NCBI GenBank assembly: GCA_963730125.1
Contig: CAVSQP010000019.1
Span: 94,826 to 158,825 of the forward strand
Direction of reading: 5' to 3'
Length of the DNA: 64,000 nucleotides
From: Vulcanimicrobiota bacterium
Lineage (GTDB): Bacteria > Vulcanimicrobiota > Vulcanimicrobiia > Vulcanimicrobiales > Vulcanimicrobiaceae
How positions within the stretch are numbered: position 1 is the first letter of the stretch; every line of letters begins with the position of its first letter. Positions 1 through 8,353 of the stretch are shown piece by piece. The notes under the pieces were generated by a model that was not told the origin of the DNA, did no database searches, and worked only from the letters and a program-made list of their open reading frames with translations. A program made the translations under genes and the position numbers.

Positions 1-1365
1 GCGACCACGCCGCCCGAAGATATCGATTTAGACGCCGCCCCGATCGGCCGTCTAGTCGAAGACCTTCGCGCAAGCTTCGATCGCGAATACGGCGGCTTTG
101 GAAACGAGCCGAAGTTTCCGCAGCCCGAAGTTCACGAGTTTTTGATCGACGAATGGCGCCACGACGGCGGCCAGGATCTGCACGACATGACGGCGCGCAC
201 GATACTGGCGATGGCGCGCGGCGGAACGTACGACCACGTCGAGGGCGGCTTCTTTCGCTACTCGACGACCCGCGATTGGAGCGTGCCGCACTTCGAGAAG
301 ATGGCTGAAGATCACGCCGGCCTCATCCGCGTGCTCGCCAATCTCGTACTCTTTGCGCCGAGCGAACAACTGCGTGAAACGCTCGTGTCGGCGGTCGGAT
401 ACGTTCGGACGGTGTTGCGCGATCCCGAAACCGGATTCTTTGCCGGCAGCCAAGACGCCGACGCAGAGTACTACGAGCTGCCGCTCGACGAGCGGCGCAA
501 GCTCACCGCGCCATACGTCGATCGAACTTCATACACGAACTGGAGCTGCGCGCTGGCGGGATCGCTCTGCTGGGCGGCGCGGGCCCTCGACGACGACGTG
601 CTGCTTGCCGAAGCGTTGCAGACGCTCGACGCCGTCGACGCGCGACTGCTCGGGAAGGACGGATTGCTCTATCACGTCTTTCTGCCGGACGGGACGCACC
701 GGGTGCGCGGTCTGCTCACCGATCACGTCGCTTACGCGCGCGCGTTGCTCGATGCGCACGAGATTTCGGGCGAGCCGCGCTTTCTAGAACGGGCTCGCGC
801 CATCGTCGAAACCATTCTCGCAAACTTCGCGGCGCAAGAGGGCGGGTTCTACGACCGTCTTGCGGGTGACGAAGACTTCGGGCGGCTCGCCGTTGCCGAC
901 CGGCCGATCGTCGACAACGGACTCTTTGCCGAAACGCTTCTGCGGATGGCGGCGCTCTTCGGCGAGGACGCGTATCGCGAACGCGCCAAGGATATTTTGC
1001 GGCGTTATCGCAGAACCGCTGCCGCATCCGGTCCGTTTGCCGCGACGTACGCGCGGGCGCTGCGCCGCTTCCTGACGCCCGAGCTCACGGTCAAGATCGT
1101 CGGCGATCCGGCGCAGACGGACGCATTTCGTGAGGCAGCAATACGCCTGCCGGCCCCGGTCGGTGCCGTTCGGACGCTGTCGCCGCAGCATGCTTCCGAC
1201 GCGCAACTGCCCGCCGATCCGCAACCCGCAGCGTACGTATGCACCGATTCGGCATGCGGCGCGCCGGTGCGTGACGCTGCCGAGTTGCGCGCGGCCTTAG
1301 ACGCGTACAAAGTGCAGCCAGTACCAACAGCCCCACAGGCCGGCACCAACCGAATAAACGATTAG
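1..1365 (+). CDS. Thioredoxin-domain protein, YyaL/DUF255 family (5' end outside the window)
   Basis: Frame 1 is open from base 1 (…GGFGNEPKFPQPEV…) and continues into the listed ORF 142..1365. The GGFFRYSTTRDWSVPHFEKM motif and the long alpha-helical C-terminal domain are typical of this family. Confidence 0.8.
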   Translation, partial: ATTPPEDIDLDAAPIGRLVEDLRASFDREYGGFGNEPKFPQPEVHEFLIDEWRHDGGQDLHDMTARTILAMARGGTYDHVEGGFFRYSTTRDWSVPHFEKMAEDHAGLIRVLANLVLFAPSEQLRETLVSAVGYVRTVLRDPETGFFAGSQDADAEYYELPLDERRKLTAPYVDRTSYTNWSCALAGSLCWAARALDDDVLLAEALQTLDAVDARLLGKDGLLYHVFLPDGTHRVRGLLTDHVAYARALLDAHEISGEPRFLERARAIVETILANFAAQEGGFYDRLAGDEDFGRLAVADRPIVDNGLFAETLLRMAALFGEDAYRERAKDILRRYRRTAAASGPFAATYARALRRFLTPELTVKIVGDPAQTDAFREAAIRLPAPVGAVRTLSPQHASDAQLPADPQPAAYVCTDSACGAPVRDAAELRAALDAYKVQPVPTAPQAGTNRIND

Positions 1366-2541
1366 CACTTGCCCCCACATCGGAAAGTTGCGCCGCACAC
1401 CAAGCATCATTAACGCGACTAAGAAGGGCTCGAAGTCGAGTGCGTGGCGCATGCCGAACTGCGCGAAACCGTTGACGTAGTACAGCAGATTCGGCACGGC
1501 AACCAACACGGTGGCGATCCAGAGCGCGACGGTGCAGCGTATCGGCCTACGCGCGAGAACGGCTAGCAGCAGAGCCGGTGACGTCCAGGTGAGCGCAACC
1601 CCCGAGAATTCCGGCCGCAGCCCCGGAAAGACCGGCAGTTGCGTCGGCGCCTGCACGAAGAACGACCATAGCTGATACGGGAGATAGATGAAGCGGAAAG
1701 GCGATCCGGTCGGCATGCCGGCCTGATCTTGATGGTACCAAGTCGTGTAGCCGATGTCGGTCCACGTTCCCCAACGCGCTTCGTTATAGAAAACCCAGAG
1801 CACGATGAAGGGCACCAGCGTCGCACCGAACGAGCGCACCGCGCTCCACGATAGCTGATTGCCGGGGCGAATCGCAAGCATGTATGCGTAGACCGGAAGC
1901 GCGGCGATCATCGTGAAACGCGATTCGACTGCGCAGACGGCAAAGAGGGCCACCAGCCAGCCGCGCCGCTTTCCGGTGAGTTCGACCAGCGCGAGCATGG
2001 TGAAGCAGACCGCAGAGACGTGCGCGACAAACCAGACGTCGCCAAGCATCGCGCACCACAACAGGTCGGTGCCGGCGAGCAAAAAAGCGCAGATCCAGGC
2101 GATGCTCGCGCGCTTGAGGGCAAGGCGCTCGCCCAGTTCCCACGCGGCACCGATCGCAACGGCGGCCAGCACGGCTGCGAGAAGCGATTGATTCGTCTGC
2201 GCGCCGAAGATCGGGACGAAGGGAAGCAAGAGCAACGCCGGCAGCGGCGCTTCGATTACGTAGTAACGGCCGCCGTATTGCAGTGCGTCGATATAGTTGC
2301 CCGGCCAGTCGATCCACGCGTGACCGTGCAGCAGCGCTTGGGCGAGCAGGACGTAGTTGTTATACGGAGTGGCGTGAAGGCGCGAAACAAACGCGGTAAC
2401 GACGAAAGCTACGAGGCCGGCGATAATGGCCGGCTTGATGCCTCGCGCGCTCACACCGGCGGAGGCGTTGCGTGCGGCAGCGGCGCGGGCTGCAAGAACG
2501 TCGACGGCGGCAAATTCTCCGGGAAGCGGTAGTCGCTCCAC
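1297..2541 (-). CDS. Polytopic membrane protein, GT-C-fold glycosyltransferase-like (ArnT/PMT_2-like)
   Basis: 414-aa ORF with at least 10 hydrophobic segments and a periplasmic-loop-like segment (HGHAWIDWPGNYIDALQYGGRYY). It lies downstream of alaS and the exported protein. The start is uncertain because the ORF overlaps the upstream gene by 91 nt. Confidence 0.5.
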   Translation of the reverse strand: MERLPLPGEFAAVDVLAARAAAARNASAGVSARGIKPAIIAGLVAFVVTAFVSRLHATPYNNYVLLAQALLHGHAWIDWPGNYIDALQYGGRYYVIEAPLPALLLLPFVPIFGAQTNQSLLAAVLAAVAIGAAWELGERLALKRASIAWICAFLLAGTDLLWCAMLGDVWFVAHVSAVCFTMLALVELTGKRRGWLVALFAVCAVESRFTMIAALPVYAYMLAIRPGNQLSWSAVRSFGATLVPFIVLWVFYNEARWGTWTDIGYTTWYHQDQAGMPTGSPFRFIYLPYQLWSFFVQAPTQLPVFPGLRPEFSGVALTWTSPALLLAVLARRPIRCTVALWIATVLVAVPNLLYYVNGFAQFGMRHALDFEPFLVALMMLGVRRNFPMWGQVLIVYSVGAGLWGCWYWLHFVRV

Positions 2542-3143
2542 ACGATGCTCTCGCGCGCCGGCTTACCCTTTATGCTGGCCGTTGCTCGGGCCGCGATCGG
2601 CATCCAGTACTTGCCGAAGCCGGCGAACTCAACCTGACCGGTACCGTGCACGCCCAAGCCGCTGCTATGAAAGTGAACGACGCGAGGAAGAAATCGCATT
2701 CCGTCGATCGTAATGCGATCGACCCACGCGCCGGAGGGCCGGCTCAGCGGCGTCGCCTCGTAGACGTAGTCGATATGATGCGCGTCTTTAACCGTCCCGA
2801 GAAATAGCAGTTGGTAAGCGTCCGCCCGCGGCGCAAAACGGACCACGGTGTAGGGATCTTCGCGATGCGAAAATTTTACGATCTTGCGGTGCAGCGCGAT
2901 ACCGTCAACGGCCAGCGTTTCGTCGCGCACCGAGACGCCGCTGCGATAGATTCGGTGATACTGCTCGATGTTGCTGGGGCCGACTTGCGAAACCGTGTAA
3001 GCATAGACGGCTACTTTCGGAACGGTCAGCGCCTGGACGGCCTCCGAATAGCGCTCGAGCACGTACTGCGAATCGAGCTCGGCCGGACGCGCACCGGCGA
3101 GCACCATAATAGCCAAAACTGCGCCGGCGGCGCGTGCGATCAT
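2451..3143 (-). CDS. Exported hypothetical protein, possibly LolA/RseB-like fold
   Basis: N-terminal signal-like segment (MIARAAGAVLAIMVLAGA) followed by a beta-rich sequence. Its start overlaps the alaS stop as ATGA (3140-3143), suggesting translational coupling. The fold assignment is only pattern resemblance. Confidence 0.55.
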   Translation of the reverse strand: MIARAAGAVLAIMVLAGARPAELDSQYVLERYSEAVQALTVPKVAVYAYTVSQVGPSNIEQYHRIYRSGVSVRDETLAVDGIALHRKIVKFSHREDPYTVVRFAPRADAYQLLFLGTVKDAHHIDYVYEATPLSRPSGAWVDRITIDGMRFLPRVVHFHSSGLGVHGTGQVEFAGFGKYWMPIAARATASIKGKPARESIVWSDYRFPENLPPSTFLQPAPLPHATPPPV

Positions 3144-5755
3144 ACCAAGACGGCGTCGCGAATCGCGCGCACGGCCGCCTCGGCGCCGGCGACGTTGCTG
3201 CCGCCGCCTTGCGCCTGCGCGGCTTGGCCACCGCCTTTGCCGGATACCAGCGGCGCCGCGAGTTTGACGAGGTTGCCGGCATGTACCCCGGCCTTGACCA
3301 AATCGTCGGTGGCGCTGACCAGCAGGCTGACGCTGCCGTCGTCGATTCCCGCGAGTGCGACGACGCCGCTCGGCAGCCGGTTGCGGATCGCCGAGCCCAA
3401 GTGGCGCAATGCCTCGCCGCCGGCTTCGGGAATCACCGCGCCGACGAAGGTGCGATCGCCGCGGCGCTCGGCGCGCTCGACGTACGACTGGGCTTCGATG
3501 GCGGCAAACTTGGCCTTGAACTGCCCCAGCGCAGTCTGCAAATCTTTGACCTCGCGCTGCAGCTTGTCGACGCGGTCGCGCAGCTCGTCGGGCGCAGCGG
3601 CCAGCGTCGAAGAAAGGTTTGCGATCAGCTCGCTCTGCTTACCGAGATACTCCTCGGCCGCATCGGATACGCACGACTCGATGCGCCGGATGCCGCTGCC
3701 GATCGAAAACTCCGAGAGAATGACGAACATGCCGAGCTCGCCGGTCGAATGCGAGTGCGTCCCGCCGCAGAACTCGACCGACGAACCGGCCTGCACGACG
3801 CGAATCAGCTCGCCGTACTTTTCGCCGGCCATCCAAATCGCACCGGTTTGCTTGGCCTCTTCGAGCGGCAACACGCGGGTAACGAGGTGCGAGTCGTCGC
3901 GAATCATCTCGTTGACGCGGTGCGCGATCTCGCGCTTCTGTTCGGGCGTGAGCGCGCCTTGGGGCCAGCGAAAATCGAAGCGCATGCGATCGATGCCGAC
4001 CCACGAGCCGGCCTGGTTGACCTCTTCGCCGAGCACGTCTTTGAGCGCGCGTTGCAAGAGGTGCGCCGAGGTGTGATGGCGCCGGATCTCGCGTCGCCAG
4101 CCCGGGTCGACGCTGGCATGCAGCGACTGGCCCAGCGCTATGCTGCCGGAGAGCACGACGCCGGAATGCGCGATGGCTTCACCCATATACTGCGTGTCGC
4201 GCACGTCGAATGCAGCTTCGTCGCCGTCGAAACGGCCGCGGTCGCCGATCTGTCCACCGCGCTCGGCATAGAACGACGTGCGGTCGAGCACGATCGTTCC
4301 GGCATCGCCTTCATCGAGCGCGTCGACCGGCTTACCCTCCTTGAGCAACGCGACGACCGTGCCCTGAGCTTCCAGTCCTTCGTCGTAGCCGGTGAACCGG
4401 CTGCGCATCGCGGGAAGATCGGCCAGTTCCACGACTTCGCGCTTGGCGGCGGCATCGCGGCGCGCGCGTTCGCGTTGTTCTCCCATCAGCCGGTCGAACG
4501 CGAGGGTATCGACGACGGTGCCGCGCTCGCCGGCAATCTCGCGAGTCAGCTCCACCGGAAATCCGTAGGTATCGTGGAGCATGAAGGCTTCCTCGCCGCC
4601 GATCACGTGCTCGCCGCGCGCGAGCACTTCGTCGATGATGCGGTCGAGCATAGCCATCCCGCGCTCCAACGTGCGATCGAACGTTTGCTCTTCGTTGCGT
4701 AGTGCCGCGGTGATGCGCCCGATGCTCTGGCGCAGCTCCGGATAGCCCGTTTCCAGCGAACGGACCACCGCCGGAACGAGCTCGGCCAGAAAACCGTCGG
4801 GATAGCCGAGCAGCCTCCCGTTGCGGATGGCGCGACGAATCAAAAAGCGCAAAACGAAACCACGATCGGTATTAGACGGATAGACGCCGTCGTTGATCAA
4901 AAACGTCGCAGCGCGCATATGATCGGCGATAATGTTCTGTCGCGCGATCTGCTCGCTCGGCGAGAGCGTCGTGCGCCCGATCGGCGGCTGGGCCGCAACG
5001 AGATCGGTGAACAGATCGGTCTGATACATCGACGCCACGCCGTTGCAGACGGCCAGCATTCGTTCGAGTCCCGCGCCGGTGTCGATAGACTTGCGAGGAA
5101 GCTCGGTCAGCGCGCCATCGGCCGCGCGATTGTACTGCTGGAAGACGACGTTCCAAATCTCGACGTAGCGATTGCCGAGGTTCGGACCGGTGTCGTCGGA
5201 ACCGGCGGCGTGCTCCGGGCCGGTGTCGTAGAACAGCTCGGTGCAGGGACCGCACGGGCCGGTCGCACCCATCGTCCAAAAGTTCTCTTCATCGAAGCGG
5301 CTGATACGCGACGGCTCGAGTCCGATTTCGTCGATCCAGATGCGCTCGGCTTCGTCGTCGCCGACGTGCACCGTAACGTACAGCCGCGCCGGATCGAGCT
5401 TGAGGACCTGCGTGACGAACTCCCACGCCCACGCGATCGCCTCGCGCTTGTAGTAGTCGCCGAAGCTGAAGTTGCCGAGCATCTCGAGGAACGTACCGTG
5501 CCGTCCGGTACGGCCGACGCTCTCGATATCGCTCTTGGCGCCGGCTACCCGCAAGCAGCGCTGCACCGTCACCACGCGCGGGGCCGGGGCCGGCTGCTCG
5601 CCCAAAAAGACGGGCACGAACGGCTCCATCCCGGCGATGGTGAACAGCGTCGTCGACATCTCGTGTGGAACCAGGCTCGCCGGCGGAAGCAGCTTGTGCT
5701 GCTTTCCGACGAAGAAATCGATCCACGCCTGACGCAGTTCCTGGCTCTTCATCAC
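3140..5755 (-). CDS. alaS: Alanine--tRNA ligase
   Basis: 871 aa. Class II core (FTIAGM, RCLRVAGK…DIE), editing-domain HxxxH (RRHHTSAHLL), CGGTH, and a C-terminal DHHA1-like tail. Confidence 0.97.
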   Translation of the reverse strand: MMKSQELRQAWIDFFVGKQHKLLPPASLVPHEMSTTLFTIAGMEPFVPVFLGEQPAPAPRVVTVQRCLRVAGAKSDIESVGRTGRHGTFLEMLGNFSFGDYYKREAIAWAWEFVTQVLKLDPARLYVTVHVGDDEAERIWIDEIGLEPSRISRFDEENFWTMGATGPCGPCTELFYDTGPEHAAGSDDTGPNLGNRYVEIWNVVFQQYNRAADGALTELPRKSIDTGAGLERMLAVCNGVASMYQTDLFTDLVAAQPPIGRTTLSPSEQIARQNIIADHMRAATFLINDGVYPSNTDRGFVLRFLIRRAIRNGRLLGYPDGFLAELVPAVVRSLETGYPELRQSIGRITAALRNEEQTFDRTLERGMAMLDRIIDEVLARGEHVIGGEEAFMLHDTYGFPVELTREIAGERGTVVDTLAFDRLMGEQRERARRDAAAKREVVELADLPAMRSRFTGYDEGLEAQGTVVALLKEGKPVDALDEGDAGTIVLDRTSFYAERGGQIGDRGRFDGDEAAFDVRDTQYMGEAIAHSGVVLSGSIALGQSLHASVDPGWRREIRRHHTSAHLLQRALKDVLGEEVNQAGSWVGIDRMRFDFRWPQGALTPEQKREIAHRVNEMIRDDSHLVTRVLPLEEAKQTGAIWMAGEKYGELIRVVQAGSSVEFCGGTHSHSTGELGMFVILSEFSIGSGIRRIESCVSDAAEEYLGKQSELIANLSSTLAAAPDELRDRVDKLQREVKDLQTALGQFKAKFAAIEAQSYVERAERRGDRTFVGAVIPEAGGEALRHLGSAIRNRLPSGVVALAGIDDGSVSLLVSATDDLVKAGVHAGNLVKLAAPLVSGKGGGQAAQAQGGGSNVAGAEAAVRAIRDAVLV

Positions 5756-5910
5756 ACCACACTATAACGAAGCCAGGCGGAAACGTCGATGCGTTTTCCA
5801 GCGCGGTACCCGACGTAACGCCCTGCGAGGCTCTTAGCCCCTAGGTCCGCGGCGGTCCCACGTGATGCCGGGGAGGCTCGGGACGACGACCCGGAGCGAG
5901 GCCAGATGGC

Positions 5911-5995
5911 CGAGCGACGAGCGTCCTTCGACTCCGCCGCTGCGCGGCGGAGCTTATCCTGAGCGAGCGCAGCGAGTCGAAGGCCTCAGGCTGAC
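5911..5995. repeat. REP-like palindromic intergenic element (sigB-alaS spacer)
   Basis: A 17-bp stem pairs 5925-5945 (with a 4-nt bulge) to 5967-5983 (ccttcgactc…gctgcgc / gcgcagcgagtcgaagg). An alternative 7-bp hairpin is ccgccgc/gcggcgg. The module cgagcgacgagcgt (5911-5924) recurs as cgagtgacgagcgt at 16675-16688. The module tcctgagc…gtcgaagg recurs at 14984-15001. Confidence 0.6.
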
Positions 5996-6006
5996 AAAGG
6001 TCGGGA

Positions 6007-6807
6007 TTACTCGGCGAGGACGGAGCGCAGTTTCACGAGCGCCTTTGCCTGCAGGCGAGAGACGTGCATTTGCGAGACGTTGAGGCGTTTGGCGATTTCG
6101 GTCTGCGAGACCGACTCGTAGAAGCGCAAATAGATTATGACGCGTTCGCGGCCGGTGAGCACGGCGAAGGCGCGTTCCAAGTTCGCGCGGTCTTCGAGCA
6201 AAGCGAGTCCGGCGTCGGCAACGCCCACGGTATCGGCGAGCGTTTGCGATTTCTTGTCGTTCTCGCCTGAGACTTCGCTATCGAGCGAGAGCAAGTTGTA
6301 GGCTTGTCCGAGCTCTTGCGCCTCGAGGATCTCGTCTTGGCCGGCCTTGAGATGTTCGGCAAGCTCGGCGACGGTCGGGCTGCGTCCAAGCGCGATCGCC
6401 AGCTTGTCGCCGGCGCGGTTGACGGCCAGGTTGAGCTCTTGAAGCCGGCGCGGCACCTTGACCGCCCAACCCTTGTCGCGGAAATACCGTTTGATCTCAC
6501 CGACGATCGTGGGGGTCGCGTACGTCGTGAACTCTACGCCACGCTCCAGCTCGAACCGGTCTATGGCTTTGAGCAGCCCTACCGTTCCGACTTGAACGAG
6601 ATCGTCGAGAGGTTCGCCGCGATTGGCAAAACGCACCGCAAGAAAACGAACGAGGTTGAGGTGCACGACGACGAGCTCGTCGCGCAGATGCTCGTGCTGC
6701 GCTGGTTTATCCGGAGCCACTTCGTGAAGGCGGCGAGCTCGAATAAATTGCGCAAAAAGCTCACGGGTCCGCTCGCGATCCGGACGCGCTTCGTCCCGTT
6801 CGGTCAC
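6007..6807 (-). CDS. sigB: RNA polymerase sigma factor, SigB/SigF/SigG subfamily
   Basis: 266 aa. Sigma-70 regions 2-4 are visible (DDLVQVGTVGLLKAIDRF; region 4.2 HTH SQTEIAKRLNVSQMHVSRLQ). It is the last gene of an antagonist/kinase/sigma triad. Confidence 0.88.
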   Translation of the reverse strand: MTERDEARPDRERTRELFAQFIRARRLHEVAPDKPAQHEHLRDELVVVHLNLVRFLAVRFANRGEPLDDLVQVGTVGLLKAIDRFELERGVEFTTYATPTIVGEIKRYFRDKGWAVKVPRRLQELNLAVNRAGDKLAIALGRSPTVAELAEHLKAGQDEILEAQELGQAYNLLSLDSEVSGENDKKSQTLADTVGVADAGLALLEDRANLERAFAVLTGRERVIIYLRFYESVSQTEIAKRLNVSQMHVSRLQAKALVKLRSVLAE

Positions 6808-7241
6808 TATCCGGCCTGAGCGCCGAGCCTCTTGACCATGAGCAGCTCCGTTCCGTGCTGCGGATGCACGTCGTAGCTGACTTCGTCCATGAGCGTTCTA
6901 ATCAGGAAGATTCCGAGACCGGCGATGCGCGCTTCATCGAAGTTCATCGGTTCGCGTTCGATCCGAACGCTGGGACGGCCGTTGTCGCGAACGCGCACGC
7001 GCAGTGAATCGGCCAGCGCTTCGCAGGTGAGCAAGATAAACTCACCGTGATCCTCGTGCTGTATGGCGGCGGTGCACGCCTCGGTCACGGCGAGCTTGAC
7101 GTCTTCGATCTCTTCGATCGAGAACTGAAGGCGGTTCGCAACGGTCGCCGCGGCGAGCCGGGCCAGCGCCACCCATTCGGCGCGAGCCGGAATGCGAAGC
7201 TCGACGAGGTCCGGGGCGGCGTGTTCCACCGCCTGATTCAT
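6807..7241 (-). CDS. rsbW: Anti-sigma factor serine kinase (RsbW/SpoIIAB-like, HATPase_c)
   Basis: 144 aa. N-box-like EACTAAIQH and G-box GLGIFLIRTLMD. It sits between the STAS gene and the sigma gene, with overlapping boundaries. Confidence 0.85.
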   Translation of the reverse strand: MNQAVEHAAPDLVELRIPARAEWVALARLAAATVANRLQFSIEEIEDVKLAVTEACTAAIQHEDHGEFILLTCEALADSLRVRVRDNGRPSVRIEREPMNFDEARIAGLGIFLIRTLMDEVSYDVHPQHGTELLMVKRLGAQAG

Positions 7242-7615
7242 ACCAGCGCTTTCATCGCCGAATTTTCGCTCTCGAAAATTCCGAAGATTTTGACTAAGCC
7301 GGTAATGTCGAAGATCTTTTTGATCTGCGGGTTTGTGCAGACGAGATTGACCGAGCCACCGTGCTCGCGGACGCGCTTGAGTCCGCCGATCAACACGCCC
7401 AGACCGGTCGAATCGATGTACCGCACCTTCTCGAGATTGATGACTAGGTGGTAAACGCCGCGATCGATCAGCTCTCCGACCGCGTCCTTTACTTTGGGAG
7501 ACGTATATACGTCGATTTCGCCGCTCAAATCGACGACGTAACAGTCGCCCGGTGCTTCGCGTACGTTTACCTTGATATCCAAATCAGCCCTCGGCTTTCC
7601 GTTCCAGCTCGTCAT
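7238..7615 (-). CDS. rsbV: Anti-sigma-factor antagonist (STAS domain, RsbV/SpoIIAA-like)
   Basis: 125 aa with the phosphorylatable-serine motif YIDSTGLGVL. It overlaps rsbW by 4 nt. The true start may be internal, since the ORF overlaps the ytxH-like gene by 32 nt. Confidence 0.85.
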   Translation of the reverse strand: MTSWNGKPRADLDIKVNVREAPGDCYVVDLSGEIDVYTSPKVKDAVGELIDRGVYHLVINLEKVRYIDSTGLGVLIGGLKRVREHGGSVNLVCTNPQIKKIFDITGLVKIFGIFESENSAMKALV

Positions 7616-7943
7616 GAATCTCTTGCGCCGAACTTCGCCCTTCCGCTACCGCGGCGTCGAGATTGGCGCGGGCATTCTCCACCACTTGGCGTCCACGTTC
7701 GTAGAGTTCCGAGACGCTCGATTGCCACTGCGACGTCACATCGCCGAACCGGCCTCGAAGATCGTCGGTCGCATCCATCGCCATGCCGCCCGCTTCACGC
7801 GCCTTTCCGGCCGCTTCACGCGCTTTTCCGGCGAGCCGGTCGCGCGCGTCCTCTTGCGTCAGCAAGACGGCCGCGGCGCCGCCAACGACGGCACCTATTA
7901 AAAATCCGGCGAAGATTCCGCCCCCGCCATTACCTTTGCTCAT
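7584..7943 (-). CDS. YtxH-domain general stress protein
   Basis: 119 aa. N-terminal glycine-rich membrane helix (GGGGIFAGFLIGAVVGGAAAVLL) followed by a charged helical region, which is the YtxH pattern. Confidence 0.75.
   Translation of the reverse strand: MSKGNGGGGIFAGFLIGAVVGGAAAVLLTQEDARDRLAGKAREAAGKAREAGGMAMDATDDLRGRFGDVTSQWQSSVSELYERGRQVVENARANLDAAVAEGRSSAQEIHDELERKAEG
7790..7831. repeat. 2 x 21-nt in-frame tandem repeat inside the YtxH-like gene
   Basis: ccgcttcacgcgcctttccgg and ccgcttcacgcgcttttccgg (20/21 identical), encoding AGKAREA twice. Confidence 0.9.
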
Positions 7944-7947
7944 GTTT

Positions 7948-8319
7948 TTAACCTACTCTCTGATCATTCGAGTCTTTTCCCGTAACCAAGCGTCGTAAAC
8001 CCGCAGTGACCCCGGCAATTGCCGCACCGACGTTGACGATGCCGGGAACGACGGCGCTGCGAGTCAGATCGACCGTCCGCGAAACGCTTCCGGCGGTCTG
8101 CTCGAGGGACTTGGTAAGCTCGTCAACTCGAGATAGGGTGCTCGTGACGGGCGCCCCTATGCCGGCGAGTTGGCGATCTACCTCGTCCAGCGTCGCACGA
8201 AGCCGTCCCAGCGTCTTCGCCAGCGCCAGACAGGCGACCAATACTCCCGTGCCGACCAAAAGGGCGGCGATGCCGCCCAGGACATCGAGAACCACAGTTC
8301 CCCACTCCGTACTGCTCAA
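7948..8319 (-). CDS. DUF948-domain membrane protein
   Basis: 123 aa. One N-terminal TM helix followed by a helical region (LGRLRATLDEVDRQL…VDELTKSLE). The pairing with YtxH is as commonly seen in Firmicutes. Confidence 0.7.
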   Translation of the reverse strand: MSSTEWGTVVLDVLGGIAALLVGTGVLVACLALAKTLGRLRATLDEVDRQLAGIGAPVTSTLSRVDELTKSLEQTAGSVSRTVDLTRSAVVPGIVNVGAAIAGVTAGLRRLVTGKDSNDQRVG

Positions 8320-8353
8320 GGTAGTTGCCTCCAGCCGCGCGCCGTTCGTTTTC

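Noticed and set aside
2811-4702. 421-aa and 522-aa + strand ORFs opposite alaS
   Set aside because: They are antisense shadow ORFs within a gene whose product (AlaRS) is unambiguous. They have no recognisable domains.
5756-6006. T-box riboswitch leader for alaS
   Set aside because: The minus-strand leader contains GGGUACCGCG, reminiscent of the T-box core GGUGGUACCGCG. I could not find a UGGN bulge context, an AGAGA/GA-motif Stem I, a specifier loop with a GCU codon, or a U-rich terminator. The region is better explained by the REP-like palindrome. An Infernal scan would settle it.
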